From positions 8,727 through 72,726 of the forward strand of contig CANQZC010000006.1 in NCBI GenBank assembly GCA_947628235.1: DNA of 64,000 bases. The letters run 5' to 3'. This stretch comes from an uncultured Bacilli bacterium (GTDB lineage: Bacteria > Bacillota_I > Bacilli_A > RF39 > UBA660). Positions 19,999-29,681 of the stretch are shown piece after piece (the stretch's first letter is position 1; each line of letters opens with the position of its first letter). The position numbers and the translations under genes were made by a program. Under the pieces are notes generated by a model. The model searched no databases. It saw nothing but the letters and a program-made list of their open reading frames with translations, and was not told where the DNA came from.

Positions 19999-21120
19999 TT
20001 AGGATTCTGTTACATGTTCTAAAGAAGTTTCAGTAACCTTAATTTCATCTTTAAGGCAAGAGATTTTATAGGTTACTTTTGTCTTTCCTTTGACTACCAA
20101 ATTGATAGAATTTGTAATATCATTATCCGCACTTTTAAAAGTGATTTGATGTACACCATCTGGTAATTGAAAATGAATCGTTCTATCTTTCCCATGAGGA
20201 AGTGTTTCCTTTTGATCATAAGCAAGTATACTTACATCATATCGATTGAACAAAATATTGGCTTCAAACTGAATATCAATTTCAACATCATTCTTTTCTA
20301 CACTCTCACTGTAATAGTTTTTCCAATTAACATCTTTATTCGCATTTTTATCACATGCTCTAACACCACATAAGATAGCCCCAACTAGTAATAGAATACA
20401 GACAATATAAATGATTACCTCATACTTTTTTAGAAGTTCTATCTTTTGACCTTTCCATTTATAAAAACAGAACAAAGAAACAGCAAGGATTACTAATAGG
20501 ATAGTTAATAGCCAGAAAAAGAAATATGTAACAAAGATTAAACCAAAAAAAACAATTAACAATATTTTCCAATCAAGCAATCTCATATATAAAGGTTGCT
20601 TATCAGATTGCTTTACTTGATTATAAATGTCTTCTATATCTTTCATATCATTGGAATTTTTTATTGTAATTTTAGCTTTTTGATAAATCTGTTCTACCTT
20701 GATCGTCCATGCTTTTTGAATTGTATTAGCGGCGTTACTAGAATTGGCAGTCCCTTTTTTCGATTGAATATTAGAAGATGCCAAAATCATGAATTCTAGT
20801 AAATCTTCTTTCGAATTAGGAACAGGATAATTTGTAATATAACTAGCAATTCGTTGAGATTTTCCAGTAGCTGTTATCCTCTCTAACCCTTCCGAAAAGT
20901 CTTTTAAACTATGAGCAACTTCCAAATTAGAAAATTCTGTTCCACAATATGGACACTTATAACTAAAGGAACTGATATTGGCGCCACAACTTGGACATTT
21001 ACGAATATCATTAGATTTTGTTTTGGCATGATTTGTTGGCTGTTCTTTTTCTTTTGTAGATCTTTTCTTCGCTTTTCCTTTTGGTTCTTTTTTATCCGTG
21101 CTTGAATTTAACTTTTCCAT
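19999..21120 (-). CDS. membrane protein with N-terminal zinc ribbon (CPSCG...CPYCG), cytoplasmic linker, 3 TM helices and extracytoplasmic C-terminal domain
   Basis: 373 aa; CxxC...CxxC; hydrophobic block LLIVFFGLIFVTYFFFWLLTILLVILAVSLF...IIYIVCILLLVGAILCG. Confidence 0.55.
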   Translation of the reverse strand: MEKLNSSTDKKEPKGKAKKRSTKEKEQPTNHAKTKSNDIRKCPSCGANISSFSYKCPYCGTEFSNLEVAHSLKDFSEGLERITATGKSQRIASYITNYPVPNSKEDLLEFMILASSNIQSKKGTANSSNAANTIQKAWTIKVEQIYQKAKITIKNSNDMKDIEDIYNQVKQSDKQPLYMRLLDWKILLIVFFGLIFVTYFFFWLLTILLVILAVSLFCFYKWKGQKIELLKKYEVIIYIVCILLLVGAILCGVRACDKNANKDVNWKNYYSESVEKNDVEIDIQFEANILFNRYDVSILAYDQKETLPHGKDRTIHFQLPDGVHQITFKSADNDITNSINLVVKGKTKVTYKISCLKDEIKVTETSLEHVTES

Positions 21121-21204
21121 ACTCTCCTACTCCTAACCGTCTTCTCTAATTAACAATAACCTCATTTATTATATCATGTTTTTTCCATATACAAGCAAAA
21201 TCTC

Positions 21205-21990
21205 TCATTTAATAGTTGGTAAATAAGCCAAAATCGTATCTAAAACTTCATCATGTACGAGAGAATTACTGATAATAGCGCCCTTAATACTTTTATCATA
21301 TCGTTGTTCTTCCCCAAAAAGGCTAGTTACTTTTCCACCCGCTTCTTCAACAATCACTTTCGCTGCTGCAATATCACAATTTTTATGTTCTGTCCCCGGG
21401 AAAATAGCAGCTGTAAAATCACCGCTAGCAACACACATACAAGCACGAATGACACTACCAACCGCTACCAAATAAGTTTTCTTTCCTAACTCTTTAATAC
21501 CATCATAAATATTGTACTCTGCCTTAGGCCACATATCAAAGTTAGAAACACTTTGTTTATCCTCTAGTCTCCAAGAATTCACCGTTATCTTCTCGCCGTT
21601 TTTATAAGCACCATGTCCTTCCATCGCCGTATATAAAGAATCCGTAAAAGGATCGTAGACAACCCCTACTTTCGGAGCTCCATTTACTACTAACGCAAGA
21701 GAGAATACAGCAACGGGAAGATGTCTTGCATACATAGCCGTTCCATCGACTGGATCACAGACCCATACATAATCACTATGTCCGAATTGTTCCTCTTCCC
21801 CATCGACAGAATGTGCCGGATAAGTCTCTTTTACTTTTTGAATCAAATACGCATTAATTTCGGTATCTGCCTTGGTAACAATCGTCTCATCATATTTGTA
21901 ATTCGCTCCATTATCTTCCTGAAAATATTTTCTCATAATGTCGCCGGCATATAACGCAATCTCCTTAGCAAATTCTAAATATTCTTCCAT
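21205..21990 (-). CDS. inositol monophosphatase family protein (SuhB/IMPase-like)
   Basis: WVCDPVDGT motif; start placed at internal ATG 21988-21990 (MEEYLEFAKE...); upstream part of the track ORF looks like non-coding extension. Confidence 0.8.
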   Translation of the reverse strand: MEEYLEFAKEIALYAGDIMRKYFQEDNGANYKYDETIVTKADTEINAYLIQKVKETYPAHSVDGEEEQFGHSDYVWVCDPVDGTAMYARHLPVAVFSLALVVNGAPKVGVVYDPFTDSLYTAMEGHGAYKNGEKITVNSWRLEDKQSVSNFDMWPKAEYNIYDGIKELGKKTYLVAVGSVIRACMCVASGDFTAAIFPGTEHKNCDIAAAKVIVEEAGGKVTSLFGEEQRYDKSIKGAIISNSLVHDEVLDTILAYLPTIK

Positions 21991-22068
21991 ACTATCACCG
22001 ATTTTATTATAACATACTTTTCCTACTTTTTGATTTATGCTATAATGATAATAGCGAGGAGGTTTCAT

Positions 22069-22605
22069 ATGTATACACAAGGAAGTGCGAATGGAATGGG
22101 TGGAGCAGTATATCCTACTTCTAATCCAAAAAAGATAAACCCAGTTTATATTATAATTCCTATCGTTCTCATTATAGGAATTATCTGTGGCTATTTTATC
22201 TTTAGTTCTACAAAAGAGAAGAAATTGGTTTGTACTAGAACAGCATCTCAAAACGGATTACAGTATGATTTTAGATATGAAGTTACTTATAAGGGAGACG
22301 AAGCTCTTCAATTAAAAAGTATAGAAAAAGTAACTGCACCAGATACTTATACTTTACAAATACTAGAGCAAAGTTTAAAAACTACTTATGCCCCTTATAC
22401 CAATCTAGATTACTATGATAATACCGTTTCTATTGATGGAAATACATTAACTAGTACTACTACTGCCGACTATTCTAAAATGGATCTTGACAAATTAATA
22501 GAAATTGATTCTGCTAATCAAAGTATTGTCAAAGATGGAAAAGTACAAGTAGAATATTTAAAACAACTTTATAGTATAACTGGCGCAACTTGTCAAGACG
22601 AATAA
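22069..22605 (+). CDS. hypothetical membrane-anchored protein (single N-terminal TM, Thr/Tyr-rich extracytoplasmic domain)
   Basis: Start at ATG 22069 after AGGAGG RBS and TGcTATAAT extended -10 (22038-22046); one of few plus-strand genes. Confidence 0.55.
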   Translation: MYTQGSANGMGGAVYPTSNPKKINPVYIIIPIVLIIGIICGYFIFSSTKEKKLVCTRTASQNGLQYDFRYEVTYKGDEALQLKSIEKVTAPDTYTLQILEQSLKTTYAPYTNLDYYDNTVSIDGNTLTSTTTADYSKMDLDKLIEIDSANQSIVKDGKVQVEYLKQLYSITGATCQDE

Positions 22606-22621
22606 TAAAATTCGTCTTTTT
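22596..22621 (+). terminator. intrinsic terminator after 22069..22605
   Basis: AGACGAATAATAAAATTCGTCT + T-run. Confidence 0.55.
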
Positions 22622-22799
22622 CTTTTTCAAAAGAGATTATCAAACTAGCAAAATTAGAAACCTTCATATAATAAAGTAACGGTAGCAATCCATTCATCCT
22701 CCACTTTTTCTAACTTTTCCCCCCTTTTAGATTGCTACCGAATATGATATTTCAACATTCTACCCAAGTAAAAAGGAATCCTAAGATTCCTTTCTTTTT

Positions 22800-24476
22800 T
22801 TAATAATTCGTTGTTCTAGTAAGATGGTAAGGAGCTTTCTTTTTTCCACTTTGACTACTTAACCATAAGAAGTCATTTACTTCCATTCCACATAATCCAG
22901 TCTTTTCTCTTAAAATATCTAATACGACAATGGTAGCTGCGCGAATCTCTATTTCCTCTTTTGAATTGTAAGCAATTTCTTCTTCGTTGTCGATTTTTTG
23001 AGACAATTCTTCCGAATAAGAAATAAATCCTAAACTTCTCATAATTTGCGGTATTTTATAGTCAGAACATCCTACAATATGAGAATAATCATAGATATTC
23101 TCTTCTTTTTGATTTCTTAAGTGCATAATATCGGAAGTTAAAAGACTTGCTAGTTTATAGAAGTAAACAGGTTTTCCTTGATAAGTTCGTTCATCCTTAA
23201 AAGATGGAAATTCTTGAATAATGACTTCAAATAGTTCTCGGTCATCCCGAATATTCTTAATGTAATGATAAAAATCTCCTTGCATCTTCGTATTGACAAT
23301 ATGCGCTACTTCCTGAAGAATTTGATATCTCTCTTCTAGAAGAGGAATTTCATTTTCTCCTTTTAAAAGTTCTCTAAATTCTTCTAAAGTCATCTTTTCT
23401 AATTTTGAAAAATCAGTAAAAAGTTCTAAGTTTTGGATAAAGATATACATCAGTGCCTGACTACCATCTAAAATACCATCTTCTGTTGTTATCTTCCATT
23501 TATTTTTAGACCAAAAGGAAAAATCAATGCTCTGATATCCTAAAAGGAAATGGATAATTGTTTTAATATCGTGGTCCATAAAGCCAAAAGCATTGGCTTC
23601 TCCCCAGTGCTTTCCACGAGGAATTTCTTGATTTACGAGTACCTCTATAGCTGGGAAAGAAATTCTAACTTCTGTTGCGTGACGCATTACTTCTTTTGCG
23701 GTAATAGGGATTTTCTCTAACATGGAATATTCTTTTAATTCTAAGAACCCACCCCTACTCCAAAGCCATAAAGGAGTATGTACATCAATCGGAGAATATT
23801 TGGTAGAAGATAGAAGTTCTCGCCATTTTGCAATGACAATTTTTTGCACATTGGAAGATAAAAATTCTTCTTCCGTAATTAGTCCTAAACGATAAGTTCC
23901 CTTGCATACATGAGTATCTGCAGCTACTTCTAAAGCCTCTTTATTTTGATACTCTTGATCGGTATATTGATAGATGACATATAACCAATAATTACAAATT
24001 TTCATTCCGGATAGATAAGGAAAATCTTTTTTATGTTCTACTTGAATAAAATCTCTAATACGATAAACATCATGATCCATCTTCTTAAATAGTTGACGAA
24101 TATCTCCATCAAAAAGTTTCATAAAAGTTTGACATAATTTCATCCATATCTCTGTTTGTTTATCTTTTTGAAGAGCAAGTTGATATTTTAAAAGAGCCTG
24201 CTTTACTTCTTCTTTTCCTCGTTTTAAACATTCTTTTGGAGAAAACACAAATCTTGTTTCTTCATCCTCATAAGTTTTTAAAGCATTCTCCCATAAAGTA
24301 TAGGAATTTCTTTGATAGTTAAGAGCCATAGGAAGAGTAAAATATAGATAATTTTCTAAACTGGCTTTTGGTAAATTAGGATTCTTATCTTCTGGCATTA
24401 CCTCTCCACCTAATAATCCCTCTTCATACATCTTTAAAAGAATTTCTACTTTTTCTAAAATTTGCTCTTTTTTCAT
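22800..24476 (-). CDS. large hypothetical protein (558 aa)
   Basis: Long intact ORF with ATG start; no motif recognised with confidence. Confidence 0.5.
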   Translation of the reverse strand: MKKEQILEKVEILLKMYEEGLLGGEVMPEDKNPNLPKASLENYLYFTLPMALNYQRNSYTLWENALKTYEDEETRFVFSPKECLKRGKEEVKQALLKYQLALQKDKQTEIWMKLCQTFMKLFDGDIRQLFKKMDHDVYRIRDFIQVEHKKDFPYLSGMKICNYWLYVIYQYTDQEYQNKEALEVAADTHVCKGTYRLGLITEEEFLSSNVQKIVIAKWRELLSSTKYSPIDVHTPLWLWSRGGFLELKEYSMLEKIPITAKEVMRHATEVRISFPAIEVLVNQEIPRGKHWGEANAFGFMDHDIKTIIHFLLGYQSIDFSFWSKNKWKITTEDGILDGSQALMYIFIQNLELFTDFSKLEKMTLEEFRELLKGENEIPLLEERYQILQEVAHIVNTKMQGDFYHYIKNIRDDRELFEVIIQEFPSFKDERTYQGKPVYFYKLASLLTSDIMHLRNQKEENIYDYSHIVGCSDYKIPQIMRSLGFISYSEELSQKIDNEEEIAYNSKEEIEIRAATIVVLDILREKTGLCGMEVNDFLWLSSQSGKKKAPYHLTRTTNY

Positions 24477-24631
24477 CTAATCTCCCCTATCTTGTTTCCA
24501 TCACTCTTTTAGCCATATAGCATAAGGTTCTACTAATTCCACCTCAAAGGCAGGAATATAATTCACACTATAGCATGAGGTCCCACTTTCATGACAATTA
24601 CATAATCCTTCATATATTCTCCCTCATCGAT

Positions 24632-25549
24632 TTATCTACATTTACTTTCTCTTGCTTTCTTCATAATCTGTTTACGAAGAAGAAAAGGCTCTAATAAAAG
24701 ATAATCTTCTTTGATTGGTTGATGAAATAATTGTTCTAATCCTAGTTTATCCATCTCACTACCATAAAATAAATAACTCTTTCCCTCTTTTAAAGCAATG
24801 ACATTTAAAATCCAATGAGGATATTTTTGAAATACGGCTCTTACTTCCTCTTGATGGCGAAAAATAATATCTTTATCTAATACAATAATTTGCCCAATGA
24901 CTTCTGGAAGAGTATCACTTACTTTTTCAATTTTAATATCACTCGCCAAATATTGAGATAAATGATTTTCCGTCTTCGCATAACAACTTTCAAAATATTC
25001 CATTCGCCAATCTTCATTCACCTGACCAAGGTGTTGTAATTTCAAATAGCAGTCTACATCTCGTTGATTCGTAATAGAACTTTTTAAATTTAATGTATTA
25101 TCCAAGATTCCTGCCATTAATAATTTACACAAATTAGTATCTAATAAATTTTCGAAATGATTCTTCTCATACATCTCAAAAATGATTGTACAAATAGAGC
25201 CAATAAATTCAATAGTATGGGGAACTTGCTTTTCTTTCCAATACTCTTCAAAACCGGTATGATGATCAATAATTTCCAAAATATCATCCTCTTTTACTAC
25301 CGCATCAAAGAACTGTGGATTAGATACATCTAATAAAATGTATTTTGCCGGCTTAGAAAAATCAACCGAATCGAAGGTAAACCCCATATCTTGAATGAGG
25401 GTAGATACGCTTTCATTCGTGGGCGCACTCGTATAGGCGTAAGCAGAATATCCCATATGTCTCAATAACTCTCGATAAGCAAATATTCCTGCATAAGCAT
25501 CAATATCAATATATTTGTTCCCTGCCGTGATAACAATTTGCGCTTCCAT
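24632..25549 (-). CDS. DHH family phosphoesterase (NrnA-like)
   Basis: 305 aa; DHH motif (IIDHHTG), N-terminal Asp-rich metal site (DIDAYAG). Confidence 0.7.
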   Translation of the reverse strand: MEAQIVITAGNKYIDIDAYAGIFAYRELLRHMGYSAYAYTSAPTNESVSTLIQDMGFTFDSVDFSKPAKYILLDVSNPQFFDAVVKEDDILEIIDHHTGFEEYWKEKQVPHTIEFIGSICTIIFEMYEKNHFENLLDTNLCKLLMAGILDNTLNLKSSITNQRDVDCYLKLQHLGQVNEDWRMEYFESCYAKTENHLSQYLASDIKIEKVSDTLPEVIGQIIVLDKDIIFRHQEEVRAVFQKYPHWILNVIALKEGKSYLFYGSEMDKLGLEQLFHQPIKEDYLLLEPFLLRKQIMKKARESKCR

Positions 25550-25607
25550 AATCTCACCTAATTCATTATATCATATTCTGATTGCTTCCAAGAAAGCAAT
25601 TGACTTT

Positions 25608-26057
25608 TTAGCTGGATATCTCCTCACTACTAATTACTTCAATTCCCTCTTTTTTTAAAAGTTCTGCTGTAACACCATCACCATCAACTAGAGTATGGGT
25701 ATAACTGCCATCATAGATTTGTCCAACTCCACAAGAAGGACTTTTAGACTTTAAAATAGCTTTTTTCGCGCCAAAGAGACGAGCAAGGTGAAGCGTTTCT
25801 TCCGCTCCTTTTTGATATTCTAGAGTAACATCCGTACCACTTTTGGTAAGAACTTTATGCCCTTTTCTTTCCGCACTTTCGCGAGGCGTTTTCAATCCCC
25901 CTAATTGTTCTGGACAAATCGGAATAACCTCTTTTCCTTCTAAATAAGAAAGAAGATTTTTTTGTTCATTATTAGAGCCATCATACTTACAATTTACACC
26001 TAACAAACAAGCACTAACTAAAATTGTTTCTTTTTCTTCCATTTTTTCTCCTCCCAT
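25608..26057 (-). CDS. DUF523 family protein
   Basis: ILVSACLLG.NCKYDG signature. Confidence 0.65.
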   Translation of the reverse strand: MGGEKMEEKETILVSACLLGVNCKYDGSNNEQKNLLSYLEGKEVIPICPEQLGGLKTPRESAERKGHKVLTKSGTDVTLEYQKGAEETLHLARLFGAKKAILKSKSPSCGVGQIYDGSYTHTLVDGDGVTAELLKKEGIEVISSEEISS

Positions 26058-26157
26058 CTATCCCACATTATTTGATACAGTCATTTCTTATTTCATTATA
26101 TCATAAAAAGACTTTCCTTTTGAAAAAGAAATATGTTACGATAAAGGTGGTGATAGT

Positions 26158-27045
26158 ATGACAAAATTTGTTATTGTGGAAGTTGGAAGCACGAATACCA
26201 AAGCTTATTTGTATGATAAGAAGGAAATTCAAGAGATTGGCTTTGAAACGATCGAATTTAAAAATCATTATAAAGAAGAAGGAAAAATAAGTTCTCAAGA
26301 TAAAGAACTACTCTTTCATTTTCTAAAGAAGCAAAAAGAAGGTCCTATCTTTGTCTATGGTACTAGTATTTTTCGAAATTTAAAAGAGGAGGAAGGAAAA
26401 GAATGGTTAACCGAGTTTAAAGAGAAAACAGGTCTTGATTTTACTATCGTTACTTCAGACATGGAAAACGAATATACCGTTTTTGGAGCAGTATCTAATG
26501 TTAACTTTCCTGGAAAAATAGCAGTCATGATTGGTGGAGGTGGTTCTACGGAATTAGCGATTGTTCAAAATGGAAAGATTATTGAAAAAGCAAATTCATC
26601 TTTTGGCGCTATGGACATAACAGATAAGTTTCCTGACTTAAAAGAAGATATCGCTACTACCAGTTATGAAGAGATGGTAGAAGCAACCAAAAAATTAGTA
26701 ACCATTCCTAAAAATAAGGCAGATATTTTGATTTTAGCGGGAGGAGATTACATCTATTTTTATGAAGAATTAAACTATCCTGTTACTAAAAATAAATTCT
26801 ATCAACATCCTTTACAACCTTATTCGTTAGATACTAAGACCATGGACCAGTTAGATAGAAACTTTTTCTATCAAGTATCTTTAAAAGACATCATGGAAAG
26901 GACAAAAAAAGAAGGATGGTGGAAAGGCGCTAGAGGAATGAGACTTTGTGTAAAAGCTTTAGTAGATATTTTAGAAGTGAAAGATATCATCCCCACTCGT
27001 ATTTCTATGGTTTATGGAATTGCAGAAGAGTTAAAGAAAAAATAA
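26158..27045 (+). CDS. Ppx/GppA-like (ASKHA superfamily) phosphatase domain protein
   Basis: N-terminal VIVEVGSTNTKAYL and MIGGGGSTELAI motifs resemble Ppx/GppA phosphate-binding loops. Confidence 0.45.
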   Translation: MTKFVIVEVGSTNTKAYLYDKKEIQEIGFETIEFKNHYKEEGKISSQDKELLFHFLKKQKEGPIFVYGTSIFRNLKEEEGKEWLTEFKEKTGLDFTIVTSDMENEYTVFGAVSNVNFPGKIAVMIGGGGSTELAIVQNGKIIEKANSSFGAMDITDKFPDLKEDIATTSYEEMVEATKKLVTIPKNKADILILAGGDYIYFYEELNYPVTKNKFYQHPLQPYSLDTKTMDQLDRNFFYQVSLKDIMERTKKEGWWKGARGMRLCVKALVDILEVKDIIPTRISMVYGIAEELKKK

Positions 27046-27058
27046 CTCTTTTTCTATT

Positions 27059-27829
27059 TTATATCAGTTCAAACACCCATACATTTTTTATTTGCGGTTT
27101 TAAGATTTCATAATCCCACAGTTTAGAACTTCTTTCCTTACTCATAGAATCATTGATTTTGATTTTTCCATTTTCTATTTTGGTGAGAACAATAAAATGA
27201 CCAGTATCCGTAAAGTCCCCTTTTCCCATACTAGCTAGGATAGGAATTCCTCGTTCTAAATAATAAGTAAAAGTATCTTTAGATAACGGTATTTCTTTTC
27301 CTAGGATTCCAAAATCAGCCATTCCTTCCGTAATAAGTGTCCAACTAGTTCCACTTCCTTCCACATAATATCCTTCTTTTTCACTATAAGATGCTATCTC
27401 GTAAGGAGTTAAAGAATTATCTTTTGTAAGATAGGCATAAATCATTGCAATCGAGGTAGGTCCACAGCCATTCACACTAAGAGGACTATCCCCATAAAAG
27501 CCATAACCCCATCGTTCATCATACTGAAGTAGAAGAGGTACTTCTGTTTTATCAAAATCTCCAATCGTATCACTAAATACTTTCCCTTTTTTCCTTGGAT
27601 AATCTAATACATAATCTTCCATATCTGGATATTTTTCTAACATACTTAGTAATTCTTCTGGATACTCTTCTTCATGATCTAGAATTTCTTCAATATCTTC
27701 CTTTTCAAAAACTATCTTTTTTTCTTGCCAAGAAATATTTTGATTTATCCAAAGAAAAAGAAAAGTACTAATCAAAAAGAAAGTAAAAATTCTTTTTATC
27801 CTTCTTTTTAACACTCTTCTTTTTTTCAT
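27059..27829 (-). CDS. secreted/membrane-anchored C39-like cysteine peptidase domain protein
   Basis: Signal/TM anchor, then GCGPTSIAMIYAYL (papain-like Cys) and later His (GHFIVL). Confidence 0.5.
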   Translation of the reverse strand: MKKRRVLKRRIKRIFTFFLISTFLFLWINQNISWQEKKIVFEKEDIEEILDHEEEYPEELLSMLEKYPDMEDYVLDYPRKKGKVFSDTIGDFDKTEVPLLLQYDERWGYGFYGDSPLSVNGCGPTSIAMIYAYLTKDNSLTPYEIASYSEKEGYYVEGSGTSWTLITEGMADFGILGKEIPLSKDTFTYYLERGIPILASMGKGDFTDTGHFIVLTKIENGKIKINDSMSKERSSKLWDYEILKPQIKNVWVFELI

Positions 27830-27911
27830 AATATCACATCCTCTAAGATAAAAATATCATGTTTCGTTTTCTTTTATCTTTCTTTTATCTTAAAGAATTC
27901 TTAATTTTTTC

Positions 27912-28997
27912 TTAACTTTTCATTTTTGGCAATTCGATATAAAATCTAGTATCTTTCGAATCACTAGTCGCATAAATTTTGCCATCGTGGAGTTCTACTA
28001 TTTCTTTGGCGATAGCAAGTCCTAATCCACTCCCTCCCAAAGAAGTACCACGAGAAGCATCTACTCGATAAAATCTTTCAAATATTTTTTCTAGTTTTTC
28101 TGGAGGAATGGTTCTTCCTTGGTTAATCACAACCACTTGTATTTTATCTTCCACGATTCGTGATTCAATGCGAATACTTGTCTCTTCTTTAGAATAAGCA
28201 ATCGCATTTTTTACAACATTGTTAAATACTCTTGCTAACTGAAAGGAATCTGCATAAACCGTCACATCTGGTTCTAATGCGAGTTCTATTTTCTTATGAT
28301 TAGCTTCTAGAGTAGGATAAAAATCATCAGCGATTTGTTCTAACATTAAATTGAGATTCAAGTCTTCTTTCTCAAGAAGAATCGTTTCCGAATTATATCT
28401 ACTAATTTCAAATAGTTCATTGATTAAATCCTCTAAGTGATAGGACTTTTCGAGGGCAATATGAATATATTTTTCTCTTTTTTTCTTAGGCATATCATCG
28501 ATTTCTTCTAAGAGAGATAAATACCCTATCATCGAAGTTAAAGGGGTTTTAATATCATGCGCTAAATAAACAATTAAATCATTTTTTCTAGAAACAGCTT
28601 CTATCGCTTGTTGATGGTGATATCTAGACTGAACTTTTACTAGATTCATCTTCTCCTCGATTTCCTCAAGAGCCTTGGGAAGATGAATTTCTTCCTCATC
28701 ATCTTCTACTAACTTACTACTTGCAGCAATCACATCATCAATATAAGATAAAGTCTTTCTTAAATGATATAAAAGAAGGATGAGAAAACCTACCGTATAA
28801 ATAAGAGGAAGGTCGGATTCTAGACCTTTTAGGAAACTATAAATTCCCCCCATATACCAAGAATATACGCCAAACTTTCTACAAGCCCATCTACTAGCAA
28901 TATAGATAATTGAAAATATACCTGTATAAATAGCTTCAGAAAGAACGATTTTAAAAACTAGTCGCATCGTCAAACGATTCGCATACTTATTCTTCAA
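27912..28997 (-). CDS. sensor histidine kinase (VanS-like)
   Basis: Two TM helices, H-box AHDIKTPLTSMIGYLSLLEE, N/G1/G2 boxes (NAIAYS, GGSGLGLAIAKEIV). Confidence 0.85.
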   Translation of the reverse strand: MKNKYANRLTMRLVFKIVLSEAIYTGIFSIIYIASRWACRKFGVYSWYMGGIYSFLKGLESDLPLIYTVGFLILLLYHLRKTLSYIDDVIAASSKLVEDDEEEIHLPKALEEIEEKMNLVKVQSRYHHQQAIEAVSRKNDLIVYLAHDIKTPLTSMIGYLSLLEEIDDMPKKKREKYIHIALEKSYHLEDLINELFEISRYNSETILLEKEDLNLNLMLEQIADDFYPTLEANHKKIELALEPDVTVYADSFQLARVFNNVVKNAIAYSKEETSIRIESRIVEDKIQVVVINQGRTIPPEKLEKIFERFYRVDASRGTSLGGSGLGLAIAKEIVELHDGKIYATSDSKDTRFYIELPKMKS

Positions 28998-29679
28998 TTT
29001 TATACCCCACTCCCCATACCGTTAAAATAACTTTTGGATTTTTGTTGGTATCCTTCATTTTTTCGCGTAAATGACGAATATGTACCATAATCGTATTGGT
29101 ATCTTTCTCCAAATACTTCTCTTTCCATACTTGTTCAAATAAGTCTTCTGCCTTTACTACTTTTCCACGATTTTTAGAAAGACACCAGAGAATAGAAAAC
29201 TCAATGGGAGTCAATTCTAGTTTTTTTCCATTATAGTAGCATTCGTGTGTTTCATGATTGATAGAAATATTGCGAAATTCAATCACATTTTCATCTTCGA
29301 TATGGTTATATTTTTTATATCTTCTCAGCTGTGCCTTTACCCGAGCGATTAATTCTAAAGGTTGAAAAGGTTTGGTCACATAATCATCTGCTCCTAAAGT
29401 AAGACCACTTATTTTATCCATATCTTCTACTTTCGCTGTTACAAAAATAATTGGGAATTCATATCTTTCACGAATTTTTAGGCAAAGAGAAAAGCCATCA
29501 ATATCTGGCATCATCACATCTAGAATCGCTAAATCAATAGATAAATGATCAAGATTGGAAAGGAGTTCCTTACTAGAATAGTATTTATATACTTGGTATC
29601 CTTCATTTTGTAGATAAATTTCTATTAAATCAGCAATTTCTTTTTCATCATCAACTACTAAGATATTCATATTTCTCAC
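28987..29679 (-). CDS. OmpR-family response regulator (VanR-like)
   Basis: Receiver domain with D53 region (LDVMMPDIDG) and winged-helix C-terminus (TVWGVGYK). Confidence 0.9.
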   Translation of the reverse strand: MRNMNILVVDDEKEIADLIEIYLQNEGYQVYKYYSSKELLSNLDHLSIDLAILDVMMPDIDGFSLCLKIRERYEFPIIFVTAKVEDMDKISGLTLGADDYVTKPFQPLELIARVKAQLRRYKKYNHIEDENVIEFRNISINHETHECYYNGKKLELTPIEFSILWCLSKNRGKVVKAEDLFEQVWKEKYLEKDTNTIMVHIRHLREKMKDTNKNPKVILTVWGVGYKIEE

Positions 29680-29681
29680 GC

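Noticed and set aside
21991-22251. N-terminal 87-codon extension of the IMPase ORF (MRCCSST...)
   Set aside because: Cys/Tyr-rich nonsense-like sequence overlapping the divergent promoter/RBS of 22069..22605; internal ATG at 21990 gives a normal IMPase N-terminus.
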